Shown: positions 1 to 12,874 of the stretch, in pieces | How the letters are laid out: every line of letters begins with the position of its first letter | Position numbering within the stretch: position 1 is the first letter of the stretch | Assembly (NCBI RefSeq): GCF_001194135.2 | Contig: NC_068992.1 | Location: 61,676,460-61,740,459 of the forward strand | Direction of reading: 5' to 3' | From: Octopus bimaculoides | Lineage: Eukaryota | Length of the DNA: 64,000 bases | Notes under the pieces: model-generated | What the model saw: the letters and a program-made list of their open reading frames with translations, nothing else | Databases searched by the model: none | Told to the model about the DNA's origin: nothing | Program-made: the position numbers and the translations under genes

Positions 1-133
1 TGTTTATTAAATCCACTCACAAGGCTTTGGTTGACCTGAGGCTACAGTAGAAGAAACTTGCCCAAGGTGCCATGCAGTAGGACTGAACCCGGAACCATAT
101 AATTGGGAAGCAAACTTCTTGCCATACAGCCAC
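1..133 (-). mobile_element. SINE-A head/core (tRNA-derived), cut by the window edge
   Basis: Reverse complement of the recurring head ggttcagtcc...gcaccttgggcaag..tcttctactatagcc...ccaaagccttgtgagtggattt seen at 45408 and 62104. Confidence 0.8.
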
Positions 134-425
134 ATGAAATTATAAACTACTTCTAATTACAGAGCTATGAAGTATTTTATGTTACCTTAATGTTTCCATG
201 CCCATCATGTGACAAAAAGTTTGGGAATTTTGACAGCTTCATTCTAACAATGCAATTGCAGTGCAATTGTTGAAGAGTAGTATAAAATGTTTGGATAGTT
301 AATGTATTAATCACACAATTACAGTTTCAAAATGGTTTTACTGTGTGTGTGAGTGTGTGTGTATGTGTGTGTGCACGCATGCACACTCACACAGAGTCAC
401 ACCCACTGACAGTCATTCCCCACCA

Positions 426-490
<65 letters not shown>

Positions 491-512
491 CACACACACA
501 CACATACACACA
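426..512. repeat. (TA)n/(CA)n microsatellite
   Basis: Direct reading; representative of dozens of similar tracts in the window. Confidence 0.95.
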
Positions 513-1740
513 TAATGCCAGTCAAAAAGCCATAGGAGTTATATGTTCAATTTAGTGGAAACTGGTTCTATGTATTAAAGAATGCAATAACCATACAATG
601 AATTTGGATATTATAGATAATCAAAACAAAAAAAAAACTTCGTTATTTCTTTTTTAATCATATTATTTGCAGCTGTTCTTAAGCAGACATTTAGTCACAT
701 GTGCAAATCAGAAGCCACCGCCCAAACAGCTCACCCCACCCCACCCTGTCTTGTGATTAGGAGAGAGAGAGAAATAAGACAAGATACCAGCATGTCTGTT
801 CATAATCGAAATGCACCAACTTGACACCATAACTGTTAGCAGACCTGTCACATTTGTAGGAAAATGTTAATGTTTGTCCTGATATGTTTCATCAAACTAA
901 TTCATTTAGGACAACAATGAACTTTGTTAGCTCAAAAACAAATTAAGACTAATTTTACCCTAAATCCTACACCAACATTGGAAAATTAATGACTTTATTA
1001 CTATTACATCTTAATTCTTAATGATCTAAAAAATACTTAATCAGAGATAATAAGCACGGATTCTAACTGAAGACACTGAAAGTTCTTAAGAACATTCACA
1101 AATTCTGGTAATGCATCTGAATATTAATTTTAATTTATGGTTCCATTAATTGTTAATGTCTAATATTACTGTTGATTATGACTCGTTGAATATATTGTTC
1201 TTTCATTTTGTTTCTGACAAACAAGGTAAACCAGTCTGGTGTTTCCATAAAGAACATCAACACACTTCTGTATGTGCATGGAAAATCTACATGCCTAACA
1301 CAAACACACAGAATCAGGCATATATAAAAGTCCAAAGAATATGATTTATACATTGAATTCTTATTGTTGGAATTTCACAATGTTCTAAAACATTAAAAAT
1401 CAAAAAATGTATGATTGATCCCTACATAGAATATATCATTAGGTCCTTACATATAGTACAATTTGATAACTACACACACAACTTGGCTCCTACACAGATA
1501 ACATAGTTTGATCCTTACACACAGCATAACATGAGCCCTACACACAACCCAAAACAAAGCAGTAGAAATCTCAATTAACTGGTCTATGTTAATAGGTATT
1601 GTTGAAATTAGGTGCAAGAGTAATTTCTTCAAAAACATATTTCTAAGGATCACAGAGAATGAAGTAGTGGCACTATTGCTCTAACAACCAAAGTTGCATA
1701 TATTGTTTCAGTTCTGTTTATGTGGCGCATGCGCACACAA

Positions 1741-1771
<31 letters not shown>

Positions 1772-2099
1772 CACGCAATGCTGGTCATAAAGCTGCAGGA
1801 CTAATGACCATAGGTTCACTCAGAGTTAAACTTTGTTACAGTCATGAAGGTACATTACAAAGAATATGTATTACAGTCATTATTTCAGACAACTTGGTAA
1901 AAACACCATATTTTCCATCATACAAGTCAAATTTTCAAACCAAAATCTCTTTGTGAAATGCAGTAGGATTTGGAAAAATGTTGATGTTTGAATGTTTACA
2001 CCACATGTTTATACTATATACATCAACTTATATGCTGGGAAACACACACCATTTTGTGCACTACCTACAGCAAAAAGAAACAGTACACCATTTGAAATC

Positions 2100-2394
2100 C
2101 ATTTGATACTGACCCATCTCACACTGCGCATGGTTCTATGATACAAACTTTATATTTTAAAGTGATCTATATTGAAACCTTGCATCATATTTTCATAATT
2201 CATCCTAAAGCTTAACCATCTTTTAACTACATTTCTCTCTTTGTTTCAATTAATCTTGAAAATAATGAAGTATTTAGTAAAATATCTTTATCTTTTAACC
2301 TGGGCGTTTGGAATGTAAATTAAGAAATTTTGGCAGGTTTTAGCTTAGATCACTTTGAAACTGAGTTAGAGACAGAAGGCATCAGAAGGGTTAA
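2100..2394. mobile_element. PB2 TTAA-flanked MITE remnants (probably two partial copies in opposite orientation)
   Basis: Ends in ...cagaaggg|ttaa (2388-2394); internal sequence resembles 36688-36916, 53004-53218 and 60340-60546. Confidence 0.55.
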
Positions 2395-2977
2395 TAATGA
2401 GAAAGTTATTTCACTAAATTCTTCATTGTTTTCAAAATGAATCTAAACAATATCAGTACGTTTCAACTGAGATATAATAACAAAAATATTAAAGAGTAAA
2501 TATCCAGCTTTGTAAGGACATACAGAAATAATAAGAAATAAAACAACAAAGACTTTAAAAAAAAACTTATAAGAATGAACGGATAAGATAGAAAGAGGAC
2601 ATTTTTATGTTTAGCTGAAATATTAGAGCAGATTGAAATACTACATAAAAGCGAATCCAATTGTTCTCCACTAATCAGATCAACTAGTTTGGACAAAGAA
2701 ATAATACACCTTTTATACTTTTAATTGGATTAAAATCCAGATGACAGTTGGAGATCCAATCCATTTAAGATTACCATAGAGAAAGTGGTTAAAGCAAATT
2801 CAATTACATCAACAACAAGATGAAGAGATAAGGAAAGCAAAAGAGGGTTGAGTGTTCTAAAGTTTAATAAAGAACAGAGCAATATAAAGGTTCTGTGAAC
2901 ATTAGATCGTATGTTAACCTGAAGACTAAGGTAGTATGTAGAGATTATTTTGTGCAAGAACTGGAACAATTAAACAG

Positions 2978-3332
2978 AGTGGAGTACAATGGATTGAATA
3001 AAGTACAATAGAGGGATTAAGTACCGAGTAGAGTACAACAGATAGATTGAATATTGAATAGAGTATAATAGATTGGTTGAGCCTTGGGTAGAGTACTAGG
3101 GATTGATTGAACAGAATGCAATGGATAGCTTGAATATTGAGTAGAGTAATAATTATTGAATTGAATATTGGGTAGAGTACAGTGAATAGGTTGCATATTG
3201 AATAGAATGTATGGACTGAGTATTGGACAGAATACAATGGATGGGTTGAGTATTGAGCAGAATCCAATGGCTAGATTGAATATTGCATAGAGTACAATGG
3301 ATAAATTAAGTATTGCAAAGAGTACAATGGCT
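2978..3332. repeat. Degenerate ~30 bp minisatellite, about 11-12 units
   Basis: Recurring unit like agagtacaatggatagattgaatattgagt; the last two units are 30 nt apart. Confidence 0.85.
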
Positions 3333-3667
3333 TAACTAATGAGTAATGGTTTTAGTGTTGAAGGGATATAAATAGCAGCACACATTCTATAAGAGGAGGA
3401 AGAGGGGAGGAGCTAAATGGAATGAGTATTAGATGAATAAGAACCTTGATGAAAGTGACAATACTCAGAATAAGAAGGTAATGTTGATTATCCATTGACA
3501 GGAGTTGACAAAGAAAAGGCTGCCATTGAAAGAGGGCAAAGCTCCTTCACTTGATAGATTAACATCATTAATAGCACCACTGATAATGACGATGCTGTGA
3601 TGGTGGTGGCGATGGGTATGATGACGATCTGCAATACAAAACTATCCAAAAATGGCATTGTTAAAAT

Positions 3668-3850
3668 ATAACGCTTTAGCATTTAAACTGGCCATATGCA
3701 GCCCAAATATTCTACTGGTTTTATGTTCAAATCGACTGCATCCAGCCTATCACACCTACTCAACAATGTCATTCTACAAATAAACAATTATATTATTAAA
3801 ATTTCAAAGCTGAGATAATGCACAATTAATTCAAAACAATGTGAATAAAT
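3668..3850 (-). mobile_element. PB1 MITE, partial
   Basis: Reverse complement of the internal sequence of the intact copy at 56725-56922. Confidence 0.6.
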
Positions 3851-4715
3851 GGAGTAAACCAAATGGTAAAGGGATAAACCATATCACACACACATACACA
3901 CACACGTGTGTGTGTGGTGGTGGTGGGGGGGGTAGTTATTCTTCGATAAACCAACCCAAGAAAATGCATAATGTAGATTAAAATTAAAATAAATTAATTA
4001 GTTGAATAGAAAAAATAAAACATGTCCAGAAAACTAACTTAAAAGAGACAAAGATGGTAATAAAAAAAACTAAATAAAATACAACAAAAAAATAAAAAAA
4101 GAAAAATAATAATAATGATCTCAAGTGAAAACAGTCAAATGAAGGAATTAGATGGAAGTGGAACGCCAATATAAGTAGTTAATTAAGACCTGATAAAGTA
4201 TATAGTACAAGATAAGAGAAATGAAGGAGAATCTGAGAAAGAAATATTACAAAAAAACCAAAAGAATAACATAAAAGAGTGAACTTAATGGCAGAAATAA
4301 GATAGTTTAAATACATCACTGCCACTGGGTTAGTACAAGTTTGGTTATATTAGCAACAGCTGCAACATAATAAATTTGAGGTTCAGAGAAGAGTCAGGGA
4401 ATGAAAAAAAAAACACAAAAAAACCCACAAAAAATAGGAAAAATTAACAGTATCCTACATACATCCTTCCAAGATACACACACACACACATACACACACA
4501 CACACACACACACAGTGCTACACATATATATACTTTTAATGAGCTTCAATAAAAGCATATTACTCTACCTTTGGTATTCAAGCACTATTTTTTCACATTG
4601 TTTTTCATTTATATACTTATATATATATACTTATATATATATATATATATATTTCATTCACCATGATTGATCACTAGCCACAAAACCTTTTTTATTTTCT
4701 CTCTCTGCTTATTTC

Positions 4716-4760
4716 TGTGTTCCTTCCTGTTGAAGAGTGTAGGCTCGAAATGTAAAACAC
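4716..4760 (+). ncRNA. Degenerate minimal type-I hammerhead-like motif (A6U core variant)
   Basis: CTGTTGA-A-[GAGT gtag GCTC]-GAAA-TGTA following a pyrimidine-rich tract. Confidence 0.3.
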
Positions 4761-4844
4761 TTTCTCACTTCCTGAACGTTAAACTAATACATCTGTTTGT
4801 TGTTTACACACCCGTCTTTGTCTTTTTTTTCTTTTGTAAATTCC

Positions 4845-4881
<37 letters not shown>

Positions 4882-5284
4882 TATATAACGTGAGAGAGTT
4901 AGGGGTTGGGGGTTCAACCCACTAAGGGATAGTATCTATCCAGTATACTGCTGGGAGGGTACCCAATTATTGCTACACTAGTGCTATACTAGGTGCAATC
5001 AATGGGAGCAGGTAAAAGTGGAGGTTTTACCCAAAATTTGTATAACAATTAGAAAATGGAGGATAATATGCTGAACCCAACTACTTGCAGACGGTGTATC
5101 CCGTTGAATTCATTAATTTAATTCATAGCAAAAGTGACAAAAAAAGAAAGAAAAAGAAAGAAAGAACCAAAGCACAGGTGTCTATGGCAGACTATGTTAT
5201 TTTGCCAACCTGGTTTACATATAGAAGTACAAAGTACATAAGGAATTAGAGGATGAACAGAAGTTTAATCTTACAGCTGTTTCG

Positions 5285-5825
5285 GCCTAGTCGATTATAT
5301 TAGCCCCAATGTTCAGCAAGTGCTTATTTTATTGACTCCAAAAGGATTGAAAAGCAAAAATCAACTTTAGCAGAATTTGAACTCAAAATGTAAAAACAGA
5401 TGAAATGTTGTAAGTGTCTTGCTACGCATGCTAATAGTTCTGCCAGCTCACCACCCTTAGTAATCCTTTCTAGAGGCATAAGGCCTGAAGTTTTGGAGGG
5501 GGGGGGTAGCTAGCTGATTACAATAACCCTAGTGCATAACTGGTACTTATTTCATCAACTCCAAAAGGATGAAAGTCGAAGTTGACCTCAGTGGAATAAT
5601 AATCATAATACCTTTCTACAAGAAATACAAGGCATGAAATTTGGGGGGGAGGGGGGCTAGTCGATTACATCGACCCCCAGTGATCAACTGGTACTCATTT
5701 TATGGAGCTGAAAGGATGAAAAGCAAAATTGACCGCAGCCGGATTTGAACTTAGAATGTAAAAACTGCTGGAATGTCGCCAAGCATTTTACCCAGCTTGC
5801 TAACAATTCTGCCAGCTTGCAGCCT
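5285..5825 (-). mobile_element. Head-to-tail array of three SINE-B copies
   Basis: Three co-oriented copies carry the core (rc) ccccgaaaggatgaaaggcaaagtcgacctc; the tRNA-like head gagctggcagaat..ttagc / gttcaaat is present in the first and third; copies are separated by AAT runs. Confidence 0.85.
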
Positions 5826-5875
5826 TAATAATAATAATAATAATAATAATAGTAATAATAATAATAATAATAATA

Positions 5876-5911
<36 letters not shown>

Positions 5912-5938
5912 GTAATAATAGTAATAATAATAATAATA

Positions 5939-5974
<36 letters not shown>

Positions 5975-5980
5975 GTAATA

Positions 5981-6020
<40 letters not shown>
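5826..6020. repeat. (TAA)n microsatellite with TAG interruptions, ~195 bp
   Basis: Direct reading; source of the poly-N, poly-L and poly-Y ORFs. Confidence 0.97.
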
Positions 6021-6427
6021 CAGAAGTAGAAAGAGAAAATTATTGCAGACATTTTTGTAATTATCAAACAAAGAAATATTTCTACTTTACAAGAAACAAA
6101 TGTGTATTTTCCATATCTCTCTATTAAAACCAAACTGCCAAAAACACATACATACATGTGCATGCACACACACACACACACGTGCAGGCACACACACACA
6201 TGCAATCTATAAACTGTTGTTTAGAGACGTTCATTTGATTTGGAAATAAACGAACATTGGCAATCGTTAGATTTCTACATAATCAACACAAAGCAGCTGA
6301 TCAAGAAAAGATTTAATTACCTTCTGGTTTCTTTATTGAAAGGTTTCTACAACGTTTTGATGGATAAATACAATTAGAAATATAAGATCAAGGGAACATT
6401 TTCTTCATATTATCATCATCATCATCA

Positions 6428-6464
<37 letters not shown>

Positions 6465-6580
6465 CACACACACACCTGCATAGATTTAAACAAATATACA
6501 TACATGCAAACACATATATCTACTCACACGTGTGTGTATATATACAAATAACTACATATTCATACATACACACAATCATT

Positions 6581-6616
<36 letters not shown>

Positions 6617-6617
<1 letters not shown>

Positions 6618-6912
6618 TATGTGAATGAAAGGAATGGAAAAAGCAGTTATGCACTACATATGTTTCCAAAGTGGATGAAATCCATGTAATGGAGTTATTA
6701 AAACAACTCCATAATGATGATGTCTACCTTTTCTTCAGGGGCAGACTGCTGGTTGTGCAAGCAACTGTTTGCAGCAATGAATTATCCAAGAGATTTTTTG
6801 ACTAATTCATTGCGACAAATGGTTGCATAACTCATAACTCAAAATATTGATTTTGTCCACTTTGCAAACACATAGTGCGTAACTGCTTTTTGCATTCCTT
6901 TCATTCTTATAT
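6617..6912. mobile_element. Fold-back MITE with ~50 bp imperfect TIRs and an inner inverted repeat
   Basis: gaatgaaaggaatggaaaaagcagttatgcactac..tttccaaagtgga (from 6623) versus tccactttgcaaac..tagtgcgtaactgctttttgcattcctttcattc (to 6906); inner IR gcaatgaatta/taattcattgc; TA-rich flanks. Confidence 0.8.
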
Positions 6913-7159
6913 CTACTATCCTCATACTGAATAACGCAAGTTGGTTTTCAACTGGAGTTGTATAGAATCTGTCATCTTGTTGGGATTACCTTTTTAATTT
7001 TGATATGGGGGCAAATCTATTTGATATAGTGATTAATAAATTTTCATTGACTGATTATTATTTTGATTTATCTCATACAAGTTGTGTATATGTTAGAAGC
7101 TAACTAGCTGTTTTACCACAATCAAGTAGATCTTATATTGATGCATATATACATATTTC

Positions 7160-7300
7160 ATCATCATCATCATTTAATGTCCATGTTCCATGCTGGTATG
7201 GACTGGATGATCTGACAGGATGCAGAGGGCCCAGGACTGCATCATACTTCTGGGTCTGCTTTGTTATAGTTTCTATGGCCTGATGCTCTTCCAATGCCAA
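7160..7300 (-). mobile_element. R-family retroposon 3' end with (TGA)n tail
   Basis: catcatcatcatttaatgtccatgttccatgc... is the rc of the tail gcatggaa..ggacattaaatgatgatg seen in many copies. Confidence 0.7.
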
Positions 7301-8253
7301 CCACATTATAGCATAAAGTGTAAGCTCTTTTCATGCTACAAGGAGCATGCAAGACAACAAACTCAAAGGAGTAACTTCATGCTAGGATCAGAAAGTATGG
7401 CTTGCTGTAAAGAAACTACATGGCAACATGTTTAGAAGAAAGTGTGTGAGCACAAGGGTGGAGGGAGAAAATATTAAGAATAGTAGTGACAGGGTGAAAC
7501 TTCAAATTATGAGGTGGGTAAAACTGAGAGGGGAAGAGAGCCTAGAGTGAGGGAGGGAGTAGGATATGACTGATAGCGAAGAAGTTGACAGGGGAAAAAC
7601 TTGAGTGGGATGACAATGTCAGGTAGGTTTCAGAAATGAATGGGGAAGAGAGTGGCAAACACAGTACATACTGCTCCAATGTATCTGACACATATGAAGC
7701 TTATGTTCTCTGATCATCTGCCCATGATTCCACTACGTCTCTTGTGTTCAAAGATTATACTGAGCACAGCATATAGAGTTTCTACCTGCACCTTTTCTGC
7801 ATACTGAAAAAAGCTACTTCTCCAAAGGTATTAGAATCCTGTAATCTTTTTTACCTAAAACCTTCATCTTTGCTAGGCTTTACATACACACACACACCCT
7901 GCACATTTATATACATGTATCTACACATATTTGGGAACATGTAATAAGTTATATTTGTTATATAACCAAATCTATCAAACACACACACCATACAGGTAAT
8001 TTATTATCTAAGTGGTATTGCTATGATGAACAAATAGTCTCACTAGCAGAAAGTCTGCAAGACATCAATCGTTATTAAGTGTATTGGCAGGTCAGTGTGC
8101 TTTCAGGATATTTTGACCAGCCACTGATTCTAAGTTTACCAAAAAACTGATTGCTTTCTATTAGTCTAGCCAACAAACGAGGCATCTGAGAGAAAATTAA
8201 TTCTCTTTTCATCCTGCACATTATACGCATGCATGCACACACACACAAATACA

Positions 8254-8286
<33 letters not shown>

Positions 8287-8437
8287 ATACACTTTTAATA
8301 AAGCTGCATAACAAATGGGAATGTTAAACTGAGTAACAGTTTTGCAGCTGTAGTAAAAGCATATTATTCTACCTTAGGTATTCAAGTATTACTTATCCAC
8401 CAGTTTTTCGCATTTATGTGCTTAGTTGTGTGTGCGT

Positions 8438-8473
<36 letters not shown>

Positions 8474-8483
8474 NNNNNNNNNN

Positions 8484-8529
<46 letters not shown>

Positions 8530-8669
8530 CCTTTTAAATAAATTGCAATCAGAAGTCAAAACAGACCTTTAAATTTCAGACTAACGTTACAATTGATGAT
8601 GCCAAACAGCTTAGTCTTTATCTCTACATTCATCAAGATTCAGTAAATATACCAAAATATATATCAGAC

Positions 8670-8885
8670 CATCCACTTTCTCATGCTTGCATGGGTCAGT
8701 CAGAATTGATTTGACAGATTTTCTACAGCCAGATGCCCTTCTTGTTACCAACCGCCACCTGTTTACATGTATGTTAATATTTTCCCATGGCCAGACAATT
8801 TCCATTGAAGATTGAAAATGAAGGACAGCACCTGTCTGAAGGTGATGCTTGTTTACAATTATCAAACGTCAAGACGAAGAAACAT
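8670..8885 (-). mobile_element. SINE-A2 3' module
   Basis: Matches the rc of the 3' module of 48255-48757 and 55050-55450. Confidence 0.7.
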
Positions 8886-9646
8886 AATTATGCATCCACA
8901 CCCATATATATATATATATATATATANNNNNNNNNNNNNNNNNNNNNNNNNNNNNNNNNNNNNNNNNNNNNNNNNNNNNNNNNNNNNNNNNNNNNNNNNN
9001 NNNNNNNNNNNNNNNNNNNATATATATACTGTTAGTCTTTGAATTTCCAACTTTGAAAAAACCTACTTACAAGGCTTTAGTCAGCTTGGGGCAATAGCAT
9101 GAGGTACTGGTCCAAGGTACTACACAGCCACTCCTGCACCTATATAGTAGTTTAATTCATAACCCTAAGCCTAACAAAACAGACTTTGCCTGGCTCACAA
9201 TTATGGATACTTTTGACAGACTTCTAACACTGAGTTCTTTATTTTAAGTGGCCAGAAAATGCCCCTGGTGACTTCCATGTCACTTCTAAGCAAAACAATA
9301 CACACACAAACACACTAGTACATGCTAGTACAACTAGTGAATAGCATATTAGTACAACTAGTGAATAAAGCTCCAAAATATCACCTGATCAATATTTGTT
9401 CACATTTTAGATGTAATTCTCAATAATTGAAAATTAATTCATTTATTTTCTTCAAAAATCCTTTTCTAATATCTGCTTTACTAATTAAGAGTATTTCTCC
9501 TATACCATCAACACACATTCACACCACATGTTCACACAACAGACAACCACTAACTATCGATGCTACATGTGTAATATATTGTCCATTCTCACATGTCTAT
9601 CCACCCTACTGACACTAATCATTGACACTACAGACATGGCGAGAGG

Positions 9647-9830
9647 TGCAGGCATGGCTGTTTGGTTAAGACGCTCACTTTGCAGCCATGTGGCTTCAGG
9701 TTCAGTCCTGGTGCGTGGCACCTTGGGCAAGTATCTTCTACTACTACTACTACTACTACTAAAGCCTAAAGCTGACCAATGCCTTGTGAGTGGATTTGGT
9801 AGATAGAAACTTTGTGGAAGCCCATTATAT
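9647..9830 (+). mobile_element. SINE-A head/core with internal (CTA)n expansion
   Basis: ggcatggctgtttggttaag (A-box-like), ggttcagtcc (B-box-like), core ccttgggcaag...gccttgtgagtggatttggtaga. Confidence 0.85.
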
Positions 9831-10056
9831 GTTTGTATGTATGTACACGCGCGCGCGTGCATATATGTACCATATATAGATGTATAAAATCACATATCTG
9901 CAGGACCAGGTCCAACATGAAGCTAAGCATCAATTAAACAATGCTACAACTATCTGAAAAATAGGACAACATGAAATAAATGCTAAAAGTTATTTTTTCG
10001 TAATTTTTGTGGTTTTACCTGACACTCATTTAAAGCACCTTTTACATGTTCCTATA

Positions 10057-10093
<37 letters not shown>

Positions 10094-10364
10094 GGCTTAA
10101 TGCACAGGGAAAATTATGAATTGTGGTGTTTTTAGAAAATCTCTGCTAATTGGAGATAATTTTCCCTCTGCCATTTAAGAATTTACCTGAAATATCAAAT
10201 TCTTCTTGACTTACATCACATAAACATATCCAAATTTATAAACTAAGTTGTCTGCAATGCAGACTGCCCTACTTTCTTTGAACTGATTCTTATTTACCAC
10301 CTCTTCTACTCAATTTACTCTCCCTACCTACAATTAGTCGAGAGGGCTCTTTCCTGTTTCACAA

Positions 10365-10590
10365 GTTACTTGGTAACCTTGTTAGTGCCTGTGGTATGAA
10401 AAGAAAAAAAAGCATCAAGTACACACTCAAAGGTGGCTGGTGTTAGGAAGGGCATCCAGTCACAGAAACCAGGCCCATGCTGACACTGGAGTTTGAAACA
10501 GCTCTGCAACTTACCAAATTCTGTCAAACTGTCCAATTCATGCCAACATGGAAAATGGACAGTAAATAATAACAATGACGACAACAATCA
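10365..10590 (+). mobile_element. R-family retroposon 3' end
   Basis: ttaggaagggcatccag..agaaac...catgccaacatggaaaatggac tail; similar copies at 11440-11640, 22940-23085 and 58580-58795. Confidence 0.75.
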
Positions 10591-11014
10591 TAGTTAATGA
10601 GCATTTGAAGCTCACAAGCATTTAATCATTTTTTTTTTTAGTCTTGCGTAATAAATGCATTATAAAAGAAAGTCAATCAGACATTATTAACCTTGTTCCT
10701 TGGTACCATACTTCTTATAAATGCCATTTTCAGTTTGTAAATGAACAAAGATTCCTTTATTATCAAGGTAGTACTTGCATAAACTTATTTCTTTCAAATT
10801 ACTACACCATGGCAACAGTGATAATTACCATTCTAATTATCAGCATTAATCAGTTTTTACTGCCGCCAGTGAACCAGCAGAGGATTCTACAAAAGTCTGA
10901 ACTGTTCAAATTATTAATCAGTCTAATGTTGCTTATTTAATATCAACTTCTTAATGACACCATCGTCAACAAGATCAGTGGAATGGACTGAGGAAACTTC
11001 ACAGCCAAAAGGAA

Positions 11015-11070
<56 letters not shown>

Positions 11071-12364
11071 CTTAAATATTAAAATTTCACTTAATATCAA
11101 TTTACATATTTAAATTAAAACAAGAAAGTTAATGATTGTTTGATAAATACAAGTTTAATCTGAGTTGTTGAAGCTTAATTTTACTGAAATATTGCAAACA
11201 TTTGTTACTGATGTGAGTTGTTTTAGCCTTTAGGATAAAATGAAAATAACTTGAATGATTGTAATTAATTCTAATAATGAAAACTGATACATTAGAAGAA
11301 GAAAAAAACTACTGTGAATCTTATTTCTCAACAAAACTGAAATTACAAATCATTGACATAGGCAGATAGTTACATATAATTATCATTGCCCCAAAATGTG
11401 TGTAATTCTTAATTGTACTTTGGTCTTACAAATTACAAGGTAACCTCACTGATGCTGGTATCATATAAAAACCAACCAATACACTTTGTAAAGTGATTGG
11501 CATGAAGGACATCCAGTTGCAGGAATCAAATATAAACTGTGACACTGAAGTATGATGTGGTCACCCAATGAATCATATCCTGTCAAACCATCCAACGCAT
11601 GTCAGCATGGATGGGGGATGGTCGATGACAACGGTGATATAAATGGCACTGCTGAGACTTTTGACAAATATAAACAAATACCAAGTCTCAGTTTTAAATA
11701 AAAACATTAGTTTTATCATAGTTACATTAAAATTAAAGTTGTCCATTATTAGTGAGATACATACAAAGAGTTAGATTATTACAGTTACACACTTTCAAAA
11801 CAGACTGTTAAAAAGAGTTATAAGCACAACTACACATACTGTATTCTATAGCATACAAGTAGAATTTTTTAGACCAATATTTACAGCCAAAAACAATTTA
11901 TTATATACTAAGATGACTTTGGAGGACCAAAAATTTCATGTGAAGTACACCAAGATTTGGAAAGGTAGTGATGATGTTTGAATGTTTACAAACTATACTA
12001 TAATGGAGAAAGCTGCTTATTAATTAGGTATGTAACAATTACTAAAAGTACTAAAAGAAAGCAACATTAAAAGCTTGACCATCTGGAAATATTTTTAGTG
12101 ATTCGTATTCTAAGAAATTTCCTATAATTTCAATTTCTGAAGTTTATCAAATTTTTAAACTCCAAATTCTTGCAAATTTAAATATTCATTGCATTCACTG
12201 CGTCCAATTCTTCATAAATTTAAATATTCATTGCATTCACTATGGAGTAGATTTTAATGTTTAATAATAAACACTATTAATTCATTGCAGGCAACATTTT
12301 ACATTTTTATTTGCAACAGTTTCTCATTCTTGCTTGCCTCCATTTTCATTAATGATAATTTAAT

Positions 12365-12675
12365 AATAGCTATATAACTTTGATATGAGACACAATTTCA
12401 AGAATATTATCAGTTTCTAGAGTTTGTTAAATGAAATTTTTGATAAAATGAACATTTTTTAATATACCGGTATAATTTTGAAGTGATATTGTGTTGAACA
12501 AATGCATGTTATCACACAAAATAGCTGTATAACTTTGATACGAGGCACAGTTTCAAGAATATTAGCAGTTTCTGGAGTTTCTTAAATGAATATTTTTGAT
12601 AAAATGAAAATTCTTTAATATACCGGTATAATTTTTTTTTTTTTTTTTTTTCTTAAATGAAGAAGTGATATTGTT
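12365..12675. repeat. ~155 bp tandem duplication (two copies)
   Basis: aatagctatataactttgatatgagacac...aatataccggtataatttt at 12365, repeated from ~12520. Confidence 0.9.
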
Positions 12676-12874
12676 AACTTGGCTACATGGAATGTTATAA
12701 ACCTTACCACAATAACTATGTGATCACTGCTATTTCTAGAATGCTAAACAAGATAGTTTTTAATGAGCTTTTATTTATAAAAGCAAAGGCACAATGGCAG
12801 AGAGAAAGACAGGTAACTGAATCAGAAGAAACCAGGGCAAAGCAACTGAAACAGATGACCGACTAGTTAGGCTA

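Noticed and set aside
1068-1100. CTGAAGA-cact-GAAA followed by the palindrome gttcttaagaac
   Set aside because: No stem II, no correctly placed NUH and no stem I.
5751-6205. Poly-Leu, poly-Asn and poly-Tyr ORFs (likewise the many YIYI/HTHT/CVCV ORFs)
   Set aside because: Translations of (TAA)n, (TA)n and (CA)n microsatellites.
7680-7730. YIG tripeptide on the minus strand suggesting a GIY-YIG endonuclease
   Set aside because: No upstream GIY/VIY motif, a nearby in-frame stop and no downstream conserved Arg/Glu.
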